DNA from: Coniocarpon cinnabarinum
Lineage: Eukaryota
Assembly: GCA_051942205.1 (NCBI GenBank)
Contig: JAVECO010000062.1
Coordinates: 1 to 64,000 of the forward strand
Reading direction: 5' to 3'
DNA: 64,000 nt
The notes beneath the pieces were generated by a model. That model was not told the DNA's origin. It worked only from the letters and a program-made list of their open reading frames with translations, and searched no databases. Positions 1-13,718 of this stretch are shown one piece after another (positions within the stretch are counted from its first letter, which is position 1; the number at the start of each line of letters is the position of its first letter). The position numbers and the translations under genes are program-made.

Positions 1-53
1 CCCACCAACCTCAACATCCAAACCCCCACGCCCAAAACCCCGCCGAGCTCACA

Positions 54-749
54 ATGGTCACCCACCTCGAGCACCTCTCCACCGAAAGCGCACTAATCGA
101 CTGTCCACGATGCCAAACCAACACCCGCACCAAAGTGACCAAAGAGCGCGGCGAAGCCGTCACTCTCTGGAGCGTCGTCCTCTGCTGTGTCACGGGCGCG
201 CTGTTAGCCTGGGTGCCCTGCGTCATTGACGCGTGCAAAGATACGGTGCACCGGTGTGGACAGTGTGATCTTTTAATTGCGACGGTGACGAGCTCAGGCG
301 TCACGAACGTGGCGCAGGGCATTAACAAGCCGGTGGCGTCTCAGTACCAAAGCGGTGGTGCGGGTGGTGGAGCGGGAGCCGCTGGGACGGGGGATGCGTA
401 TAGTGGGGGATATGGGAGTGGATATGGGGGCGGGTATATCGGTGCGGAAATCAAGGATGCGGGACCGGCGCCGGCGTATTGGGATTACAGACAAGATCAG
501 GGATACGCTGGTGGATATTCAGGAACGCAGCCAGTTCAAGAGATTGGGGATGGTGCACGGATGCCGGCTGTAGAGATGGAGGGGACGTCCAGAGAGCCTG
601 TCGAATTGCCAGGGGGCGTTGAGAAGGCGGAGAGACGTGAGAGCGACAGGACAGACGACGGAAAGGGCGAGGGAAGTAACAAGGGAAACGCTGAAATGAA
701 TGAGAAGACGCGAGAGAGTCAAGGGCACATTCAAGGTGAGGGACGATGA
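54..749 (+). CDS. LITAF-like zinc-ribbon domain protein with Gly-rich tail (5' end probably outside the window)
   Basis: CPRC...hydrophobic stretch...HRCGQC (CxxC/HxCxxC) LITAF signature in the ORF 54..749. Confidence 0.8.
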   Translation: MVTHLEHLSTESALIDCPRCQTNTRTKVTKERGEAVTLWSVVLCCVTGALLAWVPCVIDACKDTVHRCGQCDLLIATVTSSGVTNVAQGINKPVASQYQSGGAGGGAGAAGTGDAYSGGYGSGYGGGYIGAEIKDAGPAPAYWDYRQDQGYAGGYSGTQPVQEIGDGARMPAVEMEGTSREPVELPGGVEKAERRESDRTDDGKGEGSNKGNAEMNEKTRESQGHIQGEGR

Positions 750-905
750 CACGGAGATGAGACATTTGCGGTGATGCGAAGCAGCATGTGCTTTTCGCTG
801 GAATGATACCCCACGATGCTATATATCACCACGTCAATGGTTATTTCATCTACTTCATTTCAGAGATCCACTTGATTGAAACTCACTGTGTTCATTCCAT
901 CGTCA

Positions 906-2500
906 TCACCTCCTCCTCGGTCGCGGACTGGCTACACTCCCACTCCCGCTCCCTGCCTCATCCTCTCCACCAGCTTCAACAGCCCACTCCCGTCCCTGCC
1001 CGGGGCTGCGTCGTCGAAATTGTCCCGCTCCCACCGCCACAATCTCCTCTTCACTCTCACTATCCCCCACATCCAGCAGAACCGGCATCTGAAAATCGCC
1101 CTGCGCAAAGGCGCCCTGTCGTTTGCTCTCAGTCGCCCCATCCACACCCAGGACATCAATATCCTCATCTTCCTGGTTCAGTATCCGTGCATGCACTTCT
1201 TCAATGGGATGGATGTCGAATTCGTCCTCGCGCTCGACGTATTCGACGTTTTCGTCGACTTCGGCGAAGTCGGGAGCCAGTGCGCTCCATCGTTGCGGCG
1301 CGACGACGGACCAGGTGTAGATCCACCCGTTTTCAAGACCGATGCCGGCGAGCAACGGTTTATGCGGGTGCCATTCCACCATGCTTAGTTCTTCGGAGGG
1401 TCCCTCTAAAATTTTTTCGAGGGACTTGTGTGTTGTTTCCCAGACGTAGATGGAGTGGTTCATGTTGATGCTCGCGACGAGATATTCGCCGTTTGACGAG
1501 AAGGCGACGTGGTTCCACGTCAGTCCATTGACGATGTCTTGATATTTCCCCTCTGACTCAAAGTGGAAGTTGTCAAAGTCAAAGCCCGGCTCTTCGAACG
1601 CAGGAAGCCGGTACGTGCGAATGACCTTGTCCGTGGCGTTGACAGCGAGGTCACGGCCGTTGGCATTGAAACGCACGTGTATGACAAGGCAGTTGCCGAC
1701 GCGGTTGGAGAAGAGGGTGCGACAGGTTTTGGCGTCGATGAAGTTGAGCCAGCCGCGGTTTGTGCCCGCGACGATGTAGTCGCCGGTGTTGGAGAAGGCG
1801 ACGACGGTTGTGAGGACCTTGGCGTCGGCCGCAAGTTGTTTTTCGGTGGCGTTGTCGCGATCCAGTTGGGAGCGTTTCGGGGCGGAGGGGAGGACCTTTT
1901 TTATGGGTTTGGCGTCGTGGATGGAGACGAGGTGAGGTTGGTCTTCGAAGAGGGCTACTGCGAATTGGAAGCTGGGTATTGTAGCGTCAGTATATCTGAA
2001 GCGAGCAAAGGTTCTGGCTGGTTGGGACTTACGGATCTCGTGGGTGTAATTCTGCGACAAAGATGGCTGCTTCAAATCGGACTGTGCGCAGGCGGGAGCC
2101 GTCTTGGAGGTCCCAGAGGATGCATTTCGCGTCCTGGCCGCCTGAGAGAAGGTAGCGCCCGTCGGCCGACCAGCTAAGCGATTGCACTTGACGTGTGTGG
2201 CCACGAAGCTTGCGCGCGACCCCGCTTGTATCGGTGTCGAAGATTACGATCGTGCCATCGTGCTGCAGTAGATGTGAGCGTGCGGTTGATCTCGCAGGTA
2301 AGAACGGGCGCACTCTGCCTGAGGCTAGAAGATCCCCTTTACGGTTAAATCTAATGCTGGTGGAATGGCCACTATCTGACTCACTGTCAGCCTTTGAATC
2401 AGTAGGGCGTTGAGACATGGTCTCACTTACGCAAACGCTCGGTCAATGCCTCTGGGCAGTCCTGAGCCAAGACGAATGGGTCAAGAAGAGACAGATTCAT
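906..2500 (-). CDS. SWD1: COMPASS/Set1C WD40 subunit Swd1 (RBBP5), multi-exon
   Basis: Exon 1 from ATG 2500 reads MNLSLLDPFVLAQDCPEAL. WD repeats include GHTRQVQSLSWS. The C-terminal motif WSALAPDFAEVDENVEYVEREDEFD is present. Three GT-AG introns join the ORF pieces 2029-2418 and 906-2204. Confidence 0.93.
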
Positions 2501-3126
2501 GTTGTAACAGAATTATAGGTGGAGCGCTGTAACGCGCGAACGTGAACAGTGCTTCAGACATTACTAAAACCTTGAGCTGGAGCAGATAGAGGAAGATCCA
2601 TTGCCGCCCTCCGCAATCCAATGCACGATACCGTGATGAAACAGTTTGAAGTCGCGTGTAATTGCCTATTCCGTCAGGCAGAGGCATGTGAAATCTCGTG
2701 CACGGGCCGCATGAGCACGGACCACAAGAGGCGCGCAGCACTTCTTCTCGCTCGGTCAAACCGCCTCTTGTAATCAAAGACTCGCCCAAGTCCATCTTCC
2801 CACAACCATCGCAAAAAGCTCATACGCATCGACGCTTGACAGAGCACAGCGTCGGCGTTATCAGCAATTGGAACTTTGGCACCCAAGCGTTCGAGCGGCC
2901 GGTTAGCGACACTGGAGAGAACTGAGGGGTGACTCAACAAAGGCCTCACGGCCTGCGCGGTGAAGGCGCTGCGCGCCGTCATTGTGTTGCGCTATTCACT
3001 TCTCTCACTCTGTTGAGAAATCAACGGCCATCTGGTGCTCGTCAAAGACCGTCAGGCGCCGCTGACTTGATATCACATCGATCTACCACGCGAGTTCGCT
3101 CTTGCGATCACGTCTATTAATCCATC

Positions 3127-6100
3127 ATGGCAGCCAATCTAGCGCCCGGCGAGGGCACTGACATTACCGCCAATCTACAATTCACGCATTCGTCTGCACC
3201 GCTCCGCACAATTCAGGAAGTTCAATTCGGTCTTCTTTCACCAGAAGAAATCAAGTCAATGAGTGTAGTCGCCATCGAATACCCAGAGACAATGGACGAG
3301 CAGCGACAGGGTCCTCGAGAAAAGGGCTTGAGTGACCCCAAGCTGGGTACTATCGACAAGCAGACGAGTTGTGCAACCTGTTTTGAGGGCGAGCAGGACT
3401 GTCCCGGTCATTTCGGTCACATCGAACTGGCGAGTCCAGTCTTTCACGTCGGCTTTGTCAGCAAGATCAAGAAAATCCTCGAGACGGTCTGCCACAACTG
3501 CGGGAAGATTCTTCTTGACGAAGGCAATGCTCAATTTGCCGCAGCCCTGTCCACGCGCGACCCAAAGCGACGGTTCGACAAAATTCACAAATTGTGCAAG
3601 CCACGTATGATTTGCGAGGCTGACCCTCCTGACGAGAACAATGAAGATGGTGCACCCGTCAAGGATTTCACCAAGCCACCTGGTCACGGCGGTTGTGGAA
3701 ATCAACAGCCTGAGATCCGTAAAGAAGGCTTGAGGTTGATGGGCACATGGAAGGTTCGAAAGAGTGAGGAAGAAGACGAGCGACGCCAGGCAGAGAAGAG
3801 AGCTATCACACCAGAAGAGGCCCTTCAGATCTTCCGTCGAATTTCTGACAAGGATATCCAGAAGATGGGACTCAGCACCGATTACGCTCGCCCTGAGTGG
3901 ATGTGCATCACCATTCTTCCGGTACCGCCACCACAGGTTCGTCCCAGCATCGTCGTGAATGGCAATGGCCAAGGCCCTCGAGGTGAAGATGACTTGACCT
4001 ACAAACTCGGCGACATTATTCGAGCAAATGCGAATGTCAAGCGCTGCATCGTCGAAGGCTCTCCGAACCACATCAAGGCGGAATTTGAGCAACTGCTTCA
4101 ATTCCACGTTGCAACATACATGGACAATGACATTGCTGGACAGCCTCGCGCTCTGCAGAAGTCCGGTCGACCAGTCAAGGCTATTCGAGCTCGACTAAAA
4201 GGAAAAGAGGGGCGTCTACGTGGCAATTTGATGGGCAAGCGTGTGGACTTTTCTGCTCGTACGGTCATCACTGGTGATCCAAATTTGTCTCTTGATGAGG
4301 TTGGCGTACCCATCTCCATCGCAAAGACCTTGACATACCCGGAAAAGGTTACGCCACTCAACATTGATCGATTGACCCGTTTGGTCAGGAACGGTGCTTC
4401 TGAGCACCCTGGAGCTCGATTCGTTATCCGCAACACTGATGGCCTCAAGTACGATCTGAGGAAAGTCAAGAACCCACCCGCGCTGCAATACGGCTGGAAG
4501 GTGGAGCGTCACGTCATGGACGGCGACTACATCATCTTCAACCGTCAGCCTTCATTACACAAGGAGTCTATGATGGGTCATCGCGTCCGCGTCATGCCCT
4601 ACTCAACCTTCCGTCTCAATCTCTCCGTTACGGCACCTTACAACGCCGATTTTGATGGTGACGAGATGAACTTGCACGTGCCGCAGTCTGAGGAAACCCG
4701 CGCCGAGGTCATGAATCTCTGCAAAGTACCCTACAATATTGTGTCACCCCAGAAGAACGGACCTCTTATGGGTATCGTCCAGGACACGTTATGTGGTATC
4801 TACAAGTTTTGCCGACGAGATGTCCTACTGTCCGAGGAACAAGTCATGAACATTCTGATGTGGTGTCCTGGCTGGGACGGTGTCATTCCACCGCCCGCAA
4901 TTTGGAGGCCTCGTGCTCGTTGGACGGGCAAACAGCTCATGAGCATGGCGCTTCCAAGTGGTCTCAACATGGTCCGACTTGACAAGAGGGACTTCGCCCC
5001 GTCGAAAGATGAGGGTCTTTTTGTGACTGATGGCGAGTTGATGTTTGGTGAATTGGCGAAGAAGCATGTTGGTGCTTCTGCCGGCGGTATCATACACTTG
5101 ATCTACAATGATCGTGGTCCTGACGCTGCTGTGGAGTTCTTCAATGGTGCTCAAAATATCGTCAACTACTGGCTTCTGCATCATGGCTTCAGTGTTGGAA
5201 TTGGTGATACGATTCCTAACCAGGATACCATCGATAAAATTCAAGAGAAAGTGCGAGCCAGGAAAATCGAAGTCGAGCAGTTCACCGAAAAGGCACAGAA
5301 CAACCAGTTGCAATTGCTTCCGGGCAAGACTTTGCGTGAAACGTTTGAATCGCATGTTTCCAAGGCTCTCAACGAGGCTCGTGATGAAGCTGGTAAAGTC
5401 ACCCAAGAGAGTTTGAAGGATCTCAACAATGCGTTGCAGATGGCCAACTCTGGCTCAAAGGGTAGTGTCATCAACATCGCCCAGATGACCGCAGTTGTCG
5501 GTCAGCAGGCTGTCGAGGGCAAACGTATTCCCTTCGGCTTCAAGTACCGCACGTTACCTCACTTTACCAAGGACGATTACTCCCCACAAGCTCGTGGATT
5601 TGTGGTCAACTCGTACCTCCGTGGGCTCACACCTAGCGAGTTCTTCTTCCATGCCATGGGTGGGCGAGAGGGTCTCATCGACACCGCCGTGAAAACCGCA
5701 GAGACTGGGTATATTCAACGTCGACTCGTCAAAGCTCTCGAAGACGTTCAAGTCAAATATGACACCACGGTGCGAAATTCTCTTGGAGACATTGTTCAAT
5801 TTACGTACGGTGAAGATGGTCTCGACGCTATCTACATTGAGAAGCAGAAGATGGAGAGTGTACAATGCTCGACCGACAAGTTTGAGAAACTTTACAAGGT
5901 CGATGTCTTGGGCAAAGCGCCTCTCAAGGACTGCTTACTCAACTCGGACGAGATTGCTGGTGACAATGAGGTCCAGCGTATGCTTGACGAAGAGCTCAAC
6001 CAGCTCACCTACGACCGTGAGAACCTTCGCAAGAACCGTCTGAGCCGAGTAGATCCGACTTCTGAAATTGACCAGCTTCAGCTGCCTCTCAACATCGGTC

Positions 6101-8549
6101 GTATGATCGAGAATGCGCAAACAGCGTTCGGGATCAAGCGCGGACTGTCGATGAGCGATCTTCACCCTGTCTACGTTATTGAGCAAGTTCGCCAGCTCAC
6201 TGATAAGCTCATGGTCATCCGTGGCGAGGACAGCCTTTCAATGGAGGCTCAGAAAGATGCCACACTCCTTGTCAAGGCTCACGTAAGAGCTCGGCTAGCA
6301 TTCAAGCAGGTAGCAGCCGAGCATCGTCTCAACAAGCTGGCTTTTGACAACATCGTGGGTGACATTGAAAGCCGCTTCTCTCGTGCTTTCGCTAGTCCGG
6401 GTGAAATGGTAGGTGTCCTCGCTGCCCAGAGCATTGGCGAGCCGGCCACACAGATGACTCTCAACACGTTCCATTTTGCCGGTGTCTCGTCGAAGAACGT
6501 CACCCTTGGTGTGCCCCGTCTCAAGGAAATCTTGAATGTCGCGAAGAATTTGAAGACTCCTACCATGTCTGTCTTCCTCGCGGATCAGAACAAGCGCCAG
6601 AGCACTGCAGGGGCGCTTACGTTACGCCCGAAGATCGAGCACACTACGCTCCGCACCATCTGCGATGCGACTGAAATCTACTACGATCCAGACGTCTCCA
6701 GTACTGTCATCCCTGCCGACCAAGACATGGTTGAAGCGTACTTCGTTATTCCCGATGAGAGTCCCGAAGAACTTGCTTTCCATTCCAAGTGGTTGTTGCG
6801 TCTAGTCCTTAATCGTCAGAAGATGCTGGACAAGAGCATGTACCCATCTGACGTCGCTTCAAAGATCAAGCAACTGTTTGGCAACGACTTGGCCGTCATT
6901 TTCAGCGACTCGAACGCCGAGCAGCCCGTCATTCGCCTTCGTGTGAATAAGAAGACTCAAGGAGGCAAGGACGATGTTGAAGATGACGATGAACTTGGGT
7001 CTCTCCAGCGCACTCAGGAATACATGCTTGATGGTGTCACTCTTGGTGGAATTCCAGGAATAGAAAAGGCCGTGGTCGATGAATTCCAATACAACTACGT
7101 TGACGAGGAGAACGGCGAGGTCAAGATTGCCAGCCAGAGCACGCCCAGCCTTTTCGGCAGCACTGATCCCGGTGAGATGGGCAAGGAGAAGTACTTGGTC
7201 ACTAGTGGCACCGCATTCGCGCGCGTTCTTGAGCTTGATGAAGTCGATCCCACCCGAACTACCAGCAACCGTTTTGACGAAACGATGGAAGTTCTGGGCA
7301 TTGAAGCCGCTCGAGAAACTATCTTGCGTGAAGCCATTGTGGTGTTGTCATTTGGTGGTTCCTACGTCAACCATCGTCACTTGTCTCTGCTGGTCGACGT
7401 CATGACCTGGCATGGCTACATGACGCCTGTGACTCGTCATGGTATCAACCGCAACGACACTGGTGCACTGATGCGATGCTCGTTCGAAGAGACGGTTGAG
7501 ATCTTGCTTGAAGCTGCAGCTTCTGGCGAACTCGATGACTGCCGTGGTGTCTCCGAGAACATCATGCTTGGACAGCTGGCACCGGTGGGCACCGGACAAG
7601 TGGAAGTCTTGATGGATCCTGAGATGCTCAACACGATCACCGCAGATAACGCTGGTCGTGGCTTTATTGCTGGTGTTGGTCCACGCCCTGCAGATGCCGA
7701 GGGTGCGGCAACCCCGTACGAGATTGGCTCTCCAATGCAAGAGGGCGACTTTGCTTCGCCCGACTACGGTGTATCCTTCTCGCCTCTCGCTCAGCATGGT
7801 CAAGATGTCGGCGGTGGCCTCTCAGTGTGGCAAGAGAACGATGGAAGTGGCGGATTCAGCCCTTGGAACGGTGGAACGAGTCCGATGTACGGTGCGACAA
7901 GCCCATTTGCTGGTGGCATGAGTCCAGCCTCGCCTGGTTACTCTCCATCGTCACCAGGGTATTCGCCAAGCTCGCCGGCAATGAGTGTATCCAGTCCAGC
8001 CTTCAACCCAACCTCGCCAACGTTCGGCTCACCCGCTAGCCCGGCCCTGCACACTCCTACATCTCCTGCGTACTCGCCAGCGTCGCCTGCCTACCGTCCC
8101 AACGGTAATTCCCCCACCTCGCCGCACTATTCTCCGGCGTCTCCTAACTATTCGCCTACTTCGCCGAATTACTCCCCCACCTCTCCTAACTATTCGCCTA
8201 CTTCTCCGAGCTTTAGTCCTACTTCGCCTGCTCGTGCACCGGGTAGTGCCCAGTCGTACAGTCCTACGTCCCCCCAATACAGTCCGACAAGCCCAACACC
8301 CCCGAACCATGGCAGCATCATCTCGCCGGCATCGCCCAAGTACAGCCCGACGAGCCCGAATGCAGTCTATTCGCCCACCTCGCCTCGGATGATGTCTCCT
8401 TCTTCACCGGCTGGCAATTACTCGGCGTCTTCGCCGCGGTTTTCACCAACCTCACCTAAGTACTCTCCCACGTAAGAATCCATGTCCCAACCCAACGCGG
8501 TTGATGAATGGTGACTAACATGCGTAGGTCTCCATCACCACCTAGTTAG
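3127..8549 (+). CDS. RPB1: RNA polymerase II largest subunit; exons 3127-8471 and 8528-8549
   Basis: NADFDGD catalytic motif, bridge helix (GLIDTAVKTAETGYIQRRL), trigger loop (QMTLNTFH) and a YSPTSP-type CTD. Terminal intron 8472-8527 has a GTAAGA donor, GACTAAC branch and TAG acceptor. Confidence 0.98.
7918..8549 (+). repeat. Degenerate heptad repeats of the RPB1 CTD
   Basis: Repeats such as YSPSSPG, YSPASPN, YSPTSPN and FSPTSPA, interrupted by spacers. Confidence 0.9.
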
Positions 8550-9445
8550 GTGTGCTCCGTCTCACTCACGCCACTGGCAGCATTTGCAGCCAATGGTGAG
8601 ACACACTTCGCTTCTATTTGTATATCTTAACTGATGTTTTATACAGCCATTTTCGCAACGACGACTCTATGCCTTCGTTCGAACATGGCTCGACCTACTG
8701 TTTACTCTTGGCGCTATACCCAAAAGCCATACACATTTGAATCACTTCACCACACGATTGCATGCATGATTTGGCGAGGAGTTCCGGTCTTGCTTTGGGA
8801 GGGCCGCATGATTTTTATGGGTTCCTGGTTTTCGATCACGTTGCATGGGCGGCGCGCTGCATTCGACTTTTCGGAAATAGAAAACGGTGCGACTTTTGTT
8901 GCATTTTGTATAATACGGAGACGGAGAGCGACTAAATTGCTTGCATTTGGAAAGGACGCGAGACAGACTGAGATACGACTGATCGAGGGGTCGTCAGAAG
9001 TGGTCCTGAGATGTGTCAGTGTAGGACGACGTAGATGATGTATCATATTGACCAATCTACGGTTCTGCTGCACCACACGCGTTATTTTTCCTTTGCATGA
9101 GACTCCACATATCCTGTTCGAACGTCGTCTCAGCCATCGCCGTCGATGATGTATGACTTCATATTTCGCGTCAACCGACAGGGTGACAAATATTTTGTTG
9201 AAGAATACAATCAAATTTCCATGAACCACCAAGCCTGAAATTTTGTGTCTTTTTCACGTCCACCGAAAACAGCAGAGTACTGAGGTATCTAGCTCGCCAG
9301 AAACAAGTAGAACATGACAAACTGTTGTGATCTGGCGTGAAAGCATTTTCATCTCGAGCATCTTTTTTTGTGTTGTAATAACAATGCGATTTGTTCGATC
9401 ATCACACAAAGCTGTGCATAGTGTCACTTGTGCCGGAAGATCACG

Positions 9446-10626
9446 ATGGCTAACTCGAAGTACGAATACGTTCGCCAATTCGAGCAAGCCGACCGCTTGC
9501 CATTGGCAAATTGGATCGTCGTCCGCGTCGATGGACGAGGCTTCCATCGCTTCAGTAATAAGCACAATTTTGCAAAGCCGAATGATCTCAGAGCTATCAA
9601 CCTTATGAACAAGGCTGCTGAAGGCGTCTTGCGGGATGTTCAGGACATTTTGCTCGCTTATGGCGTGAGCGATGAGTTTAGGTAGGTCGTCTTGACGTTT
9701 ATCTTGAGGTTGGATGTGGCAATGGAGGTATGTGCCTCTTTATCATTATCGCCACGGGTCAAGCAAGGGTGCTGAGGAAGGGGTTGTGCTGATTTACTTT
9801 AAGCTTTTTGTTTCATCAGAATACACAGCTTTATTCTCGGCGAGCGTCGAAGCTTATATCCACTGTTGTTTCGACATTCACGGCGCATTACATCGTCCAG
9901 TGGCCAGTCTTCTTTCCAGACTCACCCCTAGACACGCCCACGAACCCACAACTACACCCGCCATCTGCAGCAGACCCAGCCTTGACCTCCTCCAACACCA
10001 ATAGCACGTCCGACTATTCTACCAGAGAGGACCTCCATCCCCTACCAAAGGACAGCGGCCCGCCATTAACTCGCGTCCCCACGGGGCCCCTTCCCACCTT
10101 CGACGCCCGCGCAATCTGCTACCCCCGCCACCAACACATCCGCGACTACCTCTCCTGGCGCCAAGCCGACTGCCACATTAACAACCTCTACAACATGACT
10201 TTCTGGGCCCTCGTACAACGCGGCGGGCTGAGCAATCGCGACGCCGAGCAAGCGCTGGCGGGCACCTTGGCGGCGGAGAAGAACGAGATTCTGTGGAGTC
10301 GATTTGGGATCAATTATAATGATGAGCTTCCTGTTTTTAGGAAGGGGAGTATTATTTTGAGGGAGGGTGTGAATGTCGCTAGGAAGGAGGTTGGGAGGGG
10401 AAGCGGCGAAGGGGGAGGCGCAAGGGAAATGGGCAGGGATGGTGAGGAAAGGATCGATGAGAGAAGGGGAAAGGTGAGTGTAAGTGGAGAGGGTCTTGGT
10501 GAGGTGAGTAAGACTCAAATGGTGAAACGGGAAAAAGCGAGAAGAAAGATGCGAATTGTGGTTTGTCATGAGGATTTGATTTCAGATCGGTTCTGGGAGG
10601 AGAGACCGTGGCTTTTAGTTGAATGA
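9446..10626 (+). CDS. THG1: tRNA(His) guanylyltransferase; intron 9682-9803
   Basis: MANSKYEYVRQFE, VVRVDGRGFHRFS, YGVSDEFS|F, FDAR, YLSWRQADCHINNLYN and FRKGS. Splicing restores the frame. Confidence 0.95.
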
Positions 10627-10741
10627 AGCCTTCTGTCTAACTACTTCTTGCCGCATCTTGTTGATGATCGGTGACACGCAGATTTTTGGCCGCCACGAGT
10701 AGTAATTCTTACACGTGTACGTGCTCGCTCTCAATCCAACA

Positions 10742-13352
10742 CTATATCGGTATGAAGTTCACCTCTCGTTCCTCACCTACAGGCAGTTTACTCGCCGCCT
10801 TGATCTTATCCCTCTCATCCCTCTCCCGCCTATGCCTTTGCTTCTTCTCACTGCTCGTCTCCACAAATTCACCCGCGTCCCGCCTCCTTTGCTTAGCACG
10901 GCGATTCTCCGTCATCTCCCGCAGCAGCGCCACATTCTTCCGATGCTTCATCTCACCACTCTTCTTCTTCTTGCCGCGATCGCGGCGCAATGCAGCGCGT
11001 CGAGACTGCTTGATATTGCTTTCTTCTTGCCTGTCGACCAGCGCTTTGTGGATATACGCTTGTTGCTCTTCCTCGGTCAGACCGGTGTCCGCTAGGATGA
11101 TGCGGAGCTCTTTGAGAGTCCCCGTTCTGTTGGTGTGAGGGAGGCGAATGCCGTCTGTAATTGTCTCGATCTTGGGGACGGCGAGAAGGGGTGGAGGCGC
11201 TTCGGGCATAGCGGCGAAGCGCTCTTCGCGCTTTTGGCGTTTGGTTTTGGGGTTTTCTTGTAGAGCTGCTTTCTTAGCCTCGTTCTTGGCTCTGCGTTCG
11301 GCTTTTCGCTGGCGACGGGCTTCTTCTATCAGATCGCGCTGCTCGGGGTCGAGCTCTTCGTCTTCAGAACCGGAATATGAGGAGATCTCGTCGGTGCTGC
11401 TGCCGGAGTCTGTGACACTGCCGGGATCCGTTGAGGAATCACCGTCATCATCACTCCCATCGCATCTCTTGACATCATCGCCTTCTTCGTTCTCCTCTTC
11501 AAGGTCTTTAACTTGTTTTTCGAGCTCTTTCGTATCCTTCTCGGGCTTTTCCTCGGGGGGAAAGAGTGGGGTTCTCTTCAATTCACGAGCCTCCTCGTAC
11601 TTGCCCTGCTCCTCTAATGCTTTAACCGCTCGTTTGCGCTCTTTCCCGGCCTGCCTCATGAGTATCTTTCGTCGAAGTTTAAGAGCTCGAGCCTCAGGCG
11701 TCCGCTTCTTAGCTTTATTCTCTTCGCGAAGCTCCCGGCGCGTTTTGGGCTTCTCGAACTTTGGCGGCTCCTCGCCACGCTCAATAGCCAGTTGTATTAC
11801 GAATTTCTGCATGAGCGCGCGTGCTTCATGCCTGATTGATCTTGGCGAGCGTTTTATGGCTTTGCCACGTTTGAGTGCCTTTCGTTGAGAGTGTTCGCTC
11901 CCGACACAAAAGGGGAGGAAGTCATTGATGACGAACGTCCTGCGGCCTTTGTCATCTAAGCCACCGGTTGGCGTTGGCTTACCTGGTTTCTGGTCTGTTG
12001 CAATCATAGCTGCTCGAGCTGGATTCATTGTGGAGTTGGGATCAGCTGTGCCTTTGCTGGTATCACTCCTATCCTGGGAAGGAAATACATAGTTGAATCT
12101 CGCCTTCTTGTCCTTCTTGGAAATTTTTCTCTTTTTATCAGTGGCGCCATCTAAGGTAGCAGTGATTGGTTCGGCGCGCTTTCGTTTAGAACGATAGGAC
12201 GCGTCCATTTCAGTGACACTTTGTGTCCCTGAAACATCCTCAACCTTATCAGCGCTCTTCTTGCTATCAATAGGCTCGGCTCCGAACCCTGGCGCTGCCT
12301 TGTCTTCTTCTACAGACCCCGTCTTTCTCTTCTTCCCCTTCTTGTCATGAGACTTGGAAGAGTCACCATTAGTCGGTGGCTCACCAAAGTGTATTCCGTT
12401 GGTATTCACATTTGTTGTTGAGCTGGGTTGAGCCTCGTTGCGACGTTCGGACTTCCTCTCTTTCTTCGCTGCAATTTTTGTATCCACTGTATTGATGTGA
12501 CGATTCACGTTTTCTTTGCCCTCGCTGGATTTTGAGTCGAGACCCGTTCTCCGTGACTTTTCGGGTCGTTGATCTTTCCGATTCCTCGATTCGCCTTGGC
12601 TGTAGCCGTTCATAAGAGCCTGCCGCTGAGGATGTATAGCTCCAAATGAATTCAAATTGGACTCCGGATCCCCCTCGTTTTTCTCTTTAGCCTGGGCTTG
12701 CTCACTGCTGTTCACAGCCACTTCACTACGTGGATCACTCGCGTCGACAGCTAACGCTGTTCGCTTTTCTTTCTTCAGCTTCCGTGGTGGCTCTACCTCT
12801 GTATTGACGTCGGCTTCGACCTGTTTACGCTTCTTGGAATGGTCTTTGACATCACTATGACCCATGATGGACTCTGCTGCTTCTTTCCGTGTGCCAATGT
12901 GCGGTGCTTTCTTACCAGGCCTGGTGTCACTGTTGGGAACTTCTTTAGAAGCTTGCTCGCTCTCCGATATCGATTGCTCTGGTCCTGTATGTAAGGTGTT
13001 CCTTGTTCCCGCAAGCACTTGGGGCTTTGTAAAATGCGCGTAAAGGCTCGGACGTTTAGTGATTGAGATCCCGGTGGGACTCCCTTCGTGCGGCTCTGCG
13101 CGAACCTGGAGAGGAAAAACCTTAGTACATCCATGCGTGATCCGAACATCGGGGATGCCATACTTCGCTGTTGAGAGGTTCCCAAGCTCTAAGCCACCAC
13201 TGATTGGTGAAGGTATTGGTTGACGTTCCAAGCCCTTCAGCACCGCGGTGTCTTCCAGTAAGTATGGGCCTTGCTAGTCCCCTGTTCGCGTCGTCAAGAG
13301 AGTGGCCTTCGCCGCGCCAGCCCTGATCGACCAAATATTTCGCGGCATTCAT
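10742..13352 (-). CDS. TMA23-like (G-patch-like N-terminus) Lys/Arg-rich putative nucleolar protein; intron 13106-13163
   Basis: Exon 1 reads MNAAKYLVDQGWRGEG..GLARPIL..GLG..QWW. A phase-0 intron (GTATGG...TACTAAG...CAG) joins it in frame to the 833-aa ORF (SLYAHF, long basic and acidic tail). Confidence 0.7.
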
Positions 13353-13718
13353 GGGTGTCCCGGCGGGTTAAGATGGGTGGGATGTTCGTTTCATTTCGTG
13401 AAAAACATTTTGCGAAAAGTTGAACTGCAGGTGGTGTAGCCGCCCTTGTGGCCCGTGCACAAAGGGTCTTGAAGGCGCTCCGCGTCTCTTTTGTTCGTAA
13501 CTTCGCTCTCCATTGCAGACTCACTTTACGTTCGCAAGCCTGAGTCGTCGCGCACAAGCGCTGTGCTTTGTTGCATCCGTGCTTCGTCCGCTCACTCAGT
13601 TTTCATCGGCGACGTTGCGTGCCACGCGTGTTGCGCCATTTATCCAGAGCGACTGATGTTCTGAGGCCTTGCAATTCCCCTGGTAGCAGCCTGCTTCCTG
13701 CACTGACACATCGTGGAA

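Noticed and set aside
8634..9400. ORFs or snoRNA between RPB1 and THG1
   Set aside because: The ORFs look non-coding, and I found no well-formed C/D box pair with a guide sequence. It is probably UTR and promoter.
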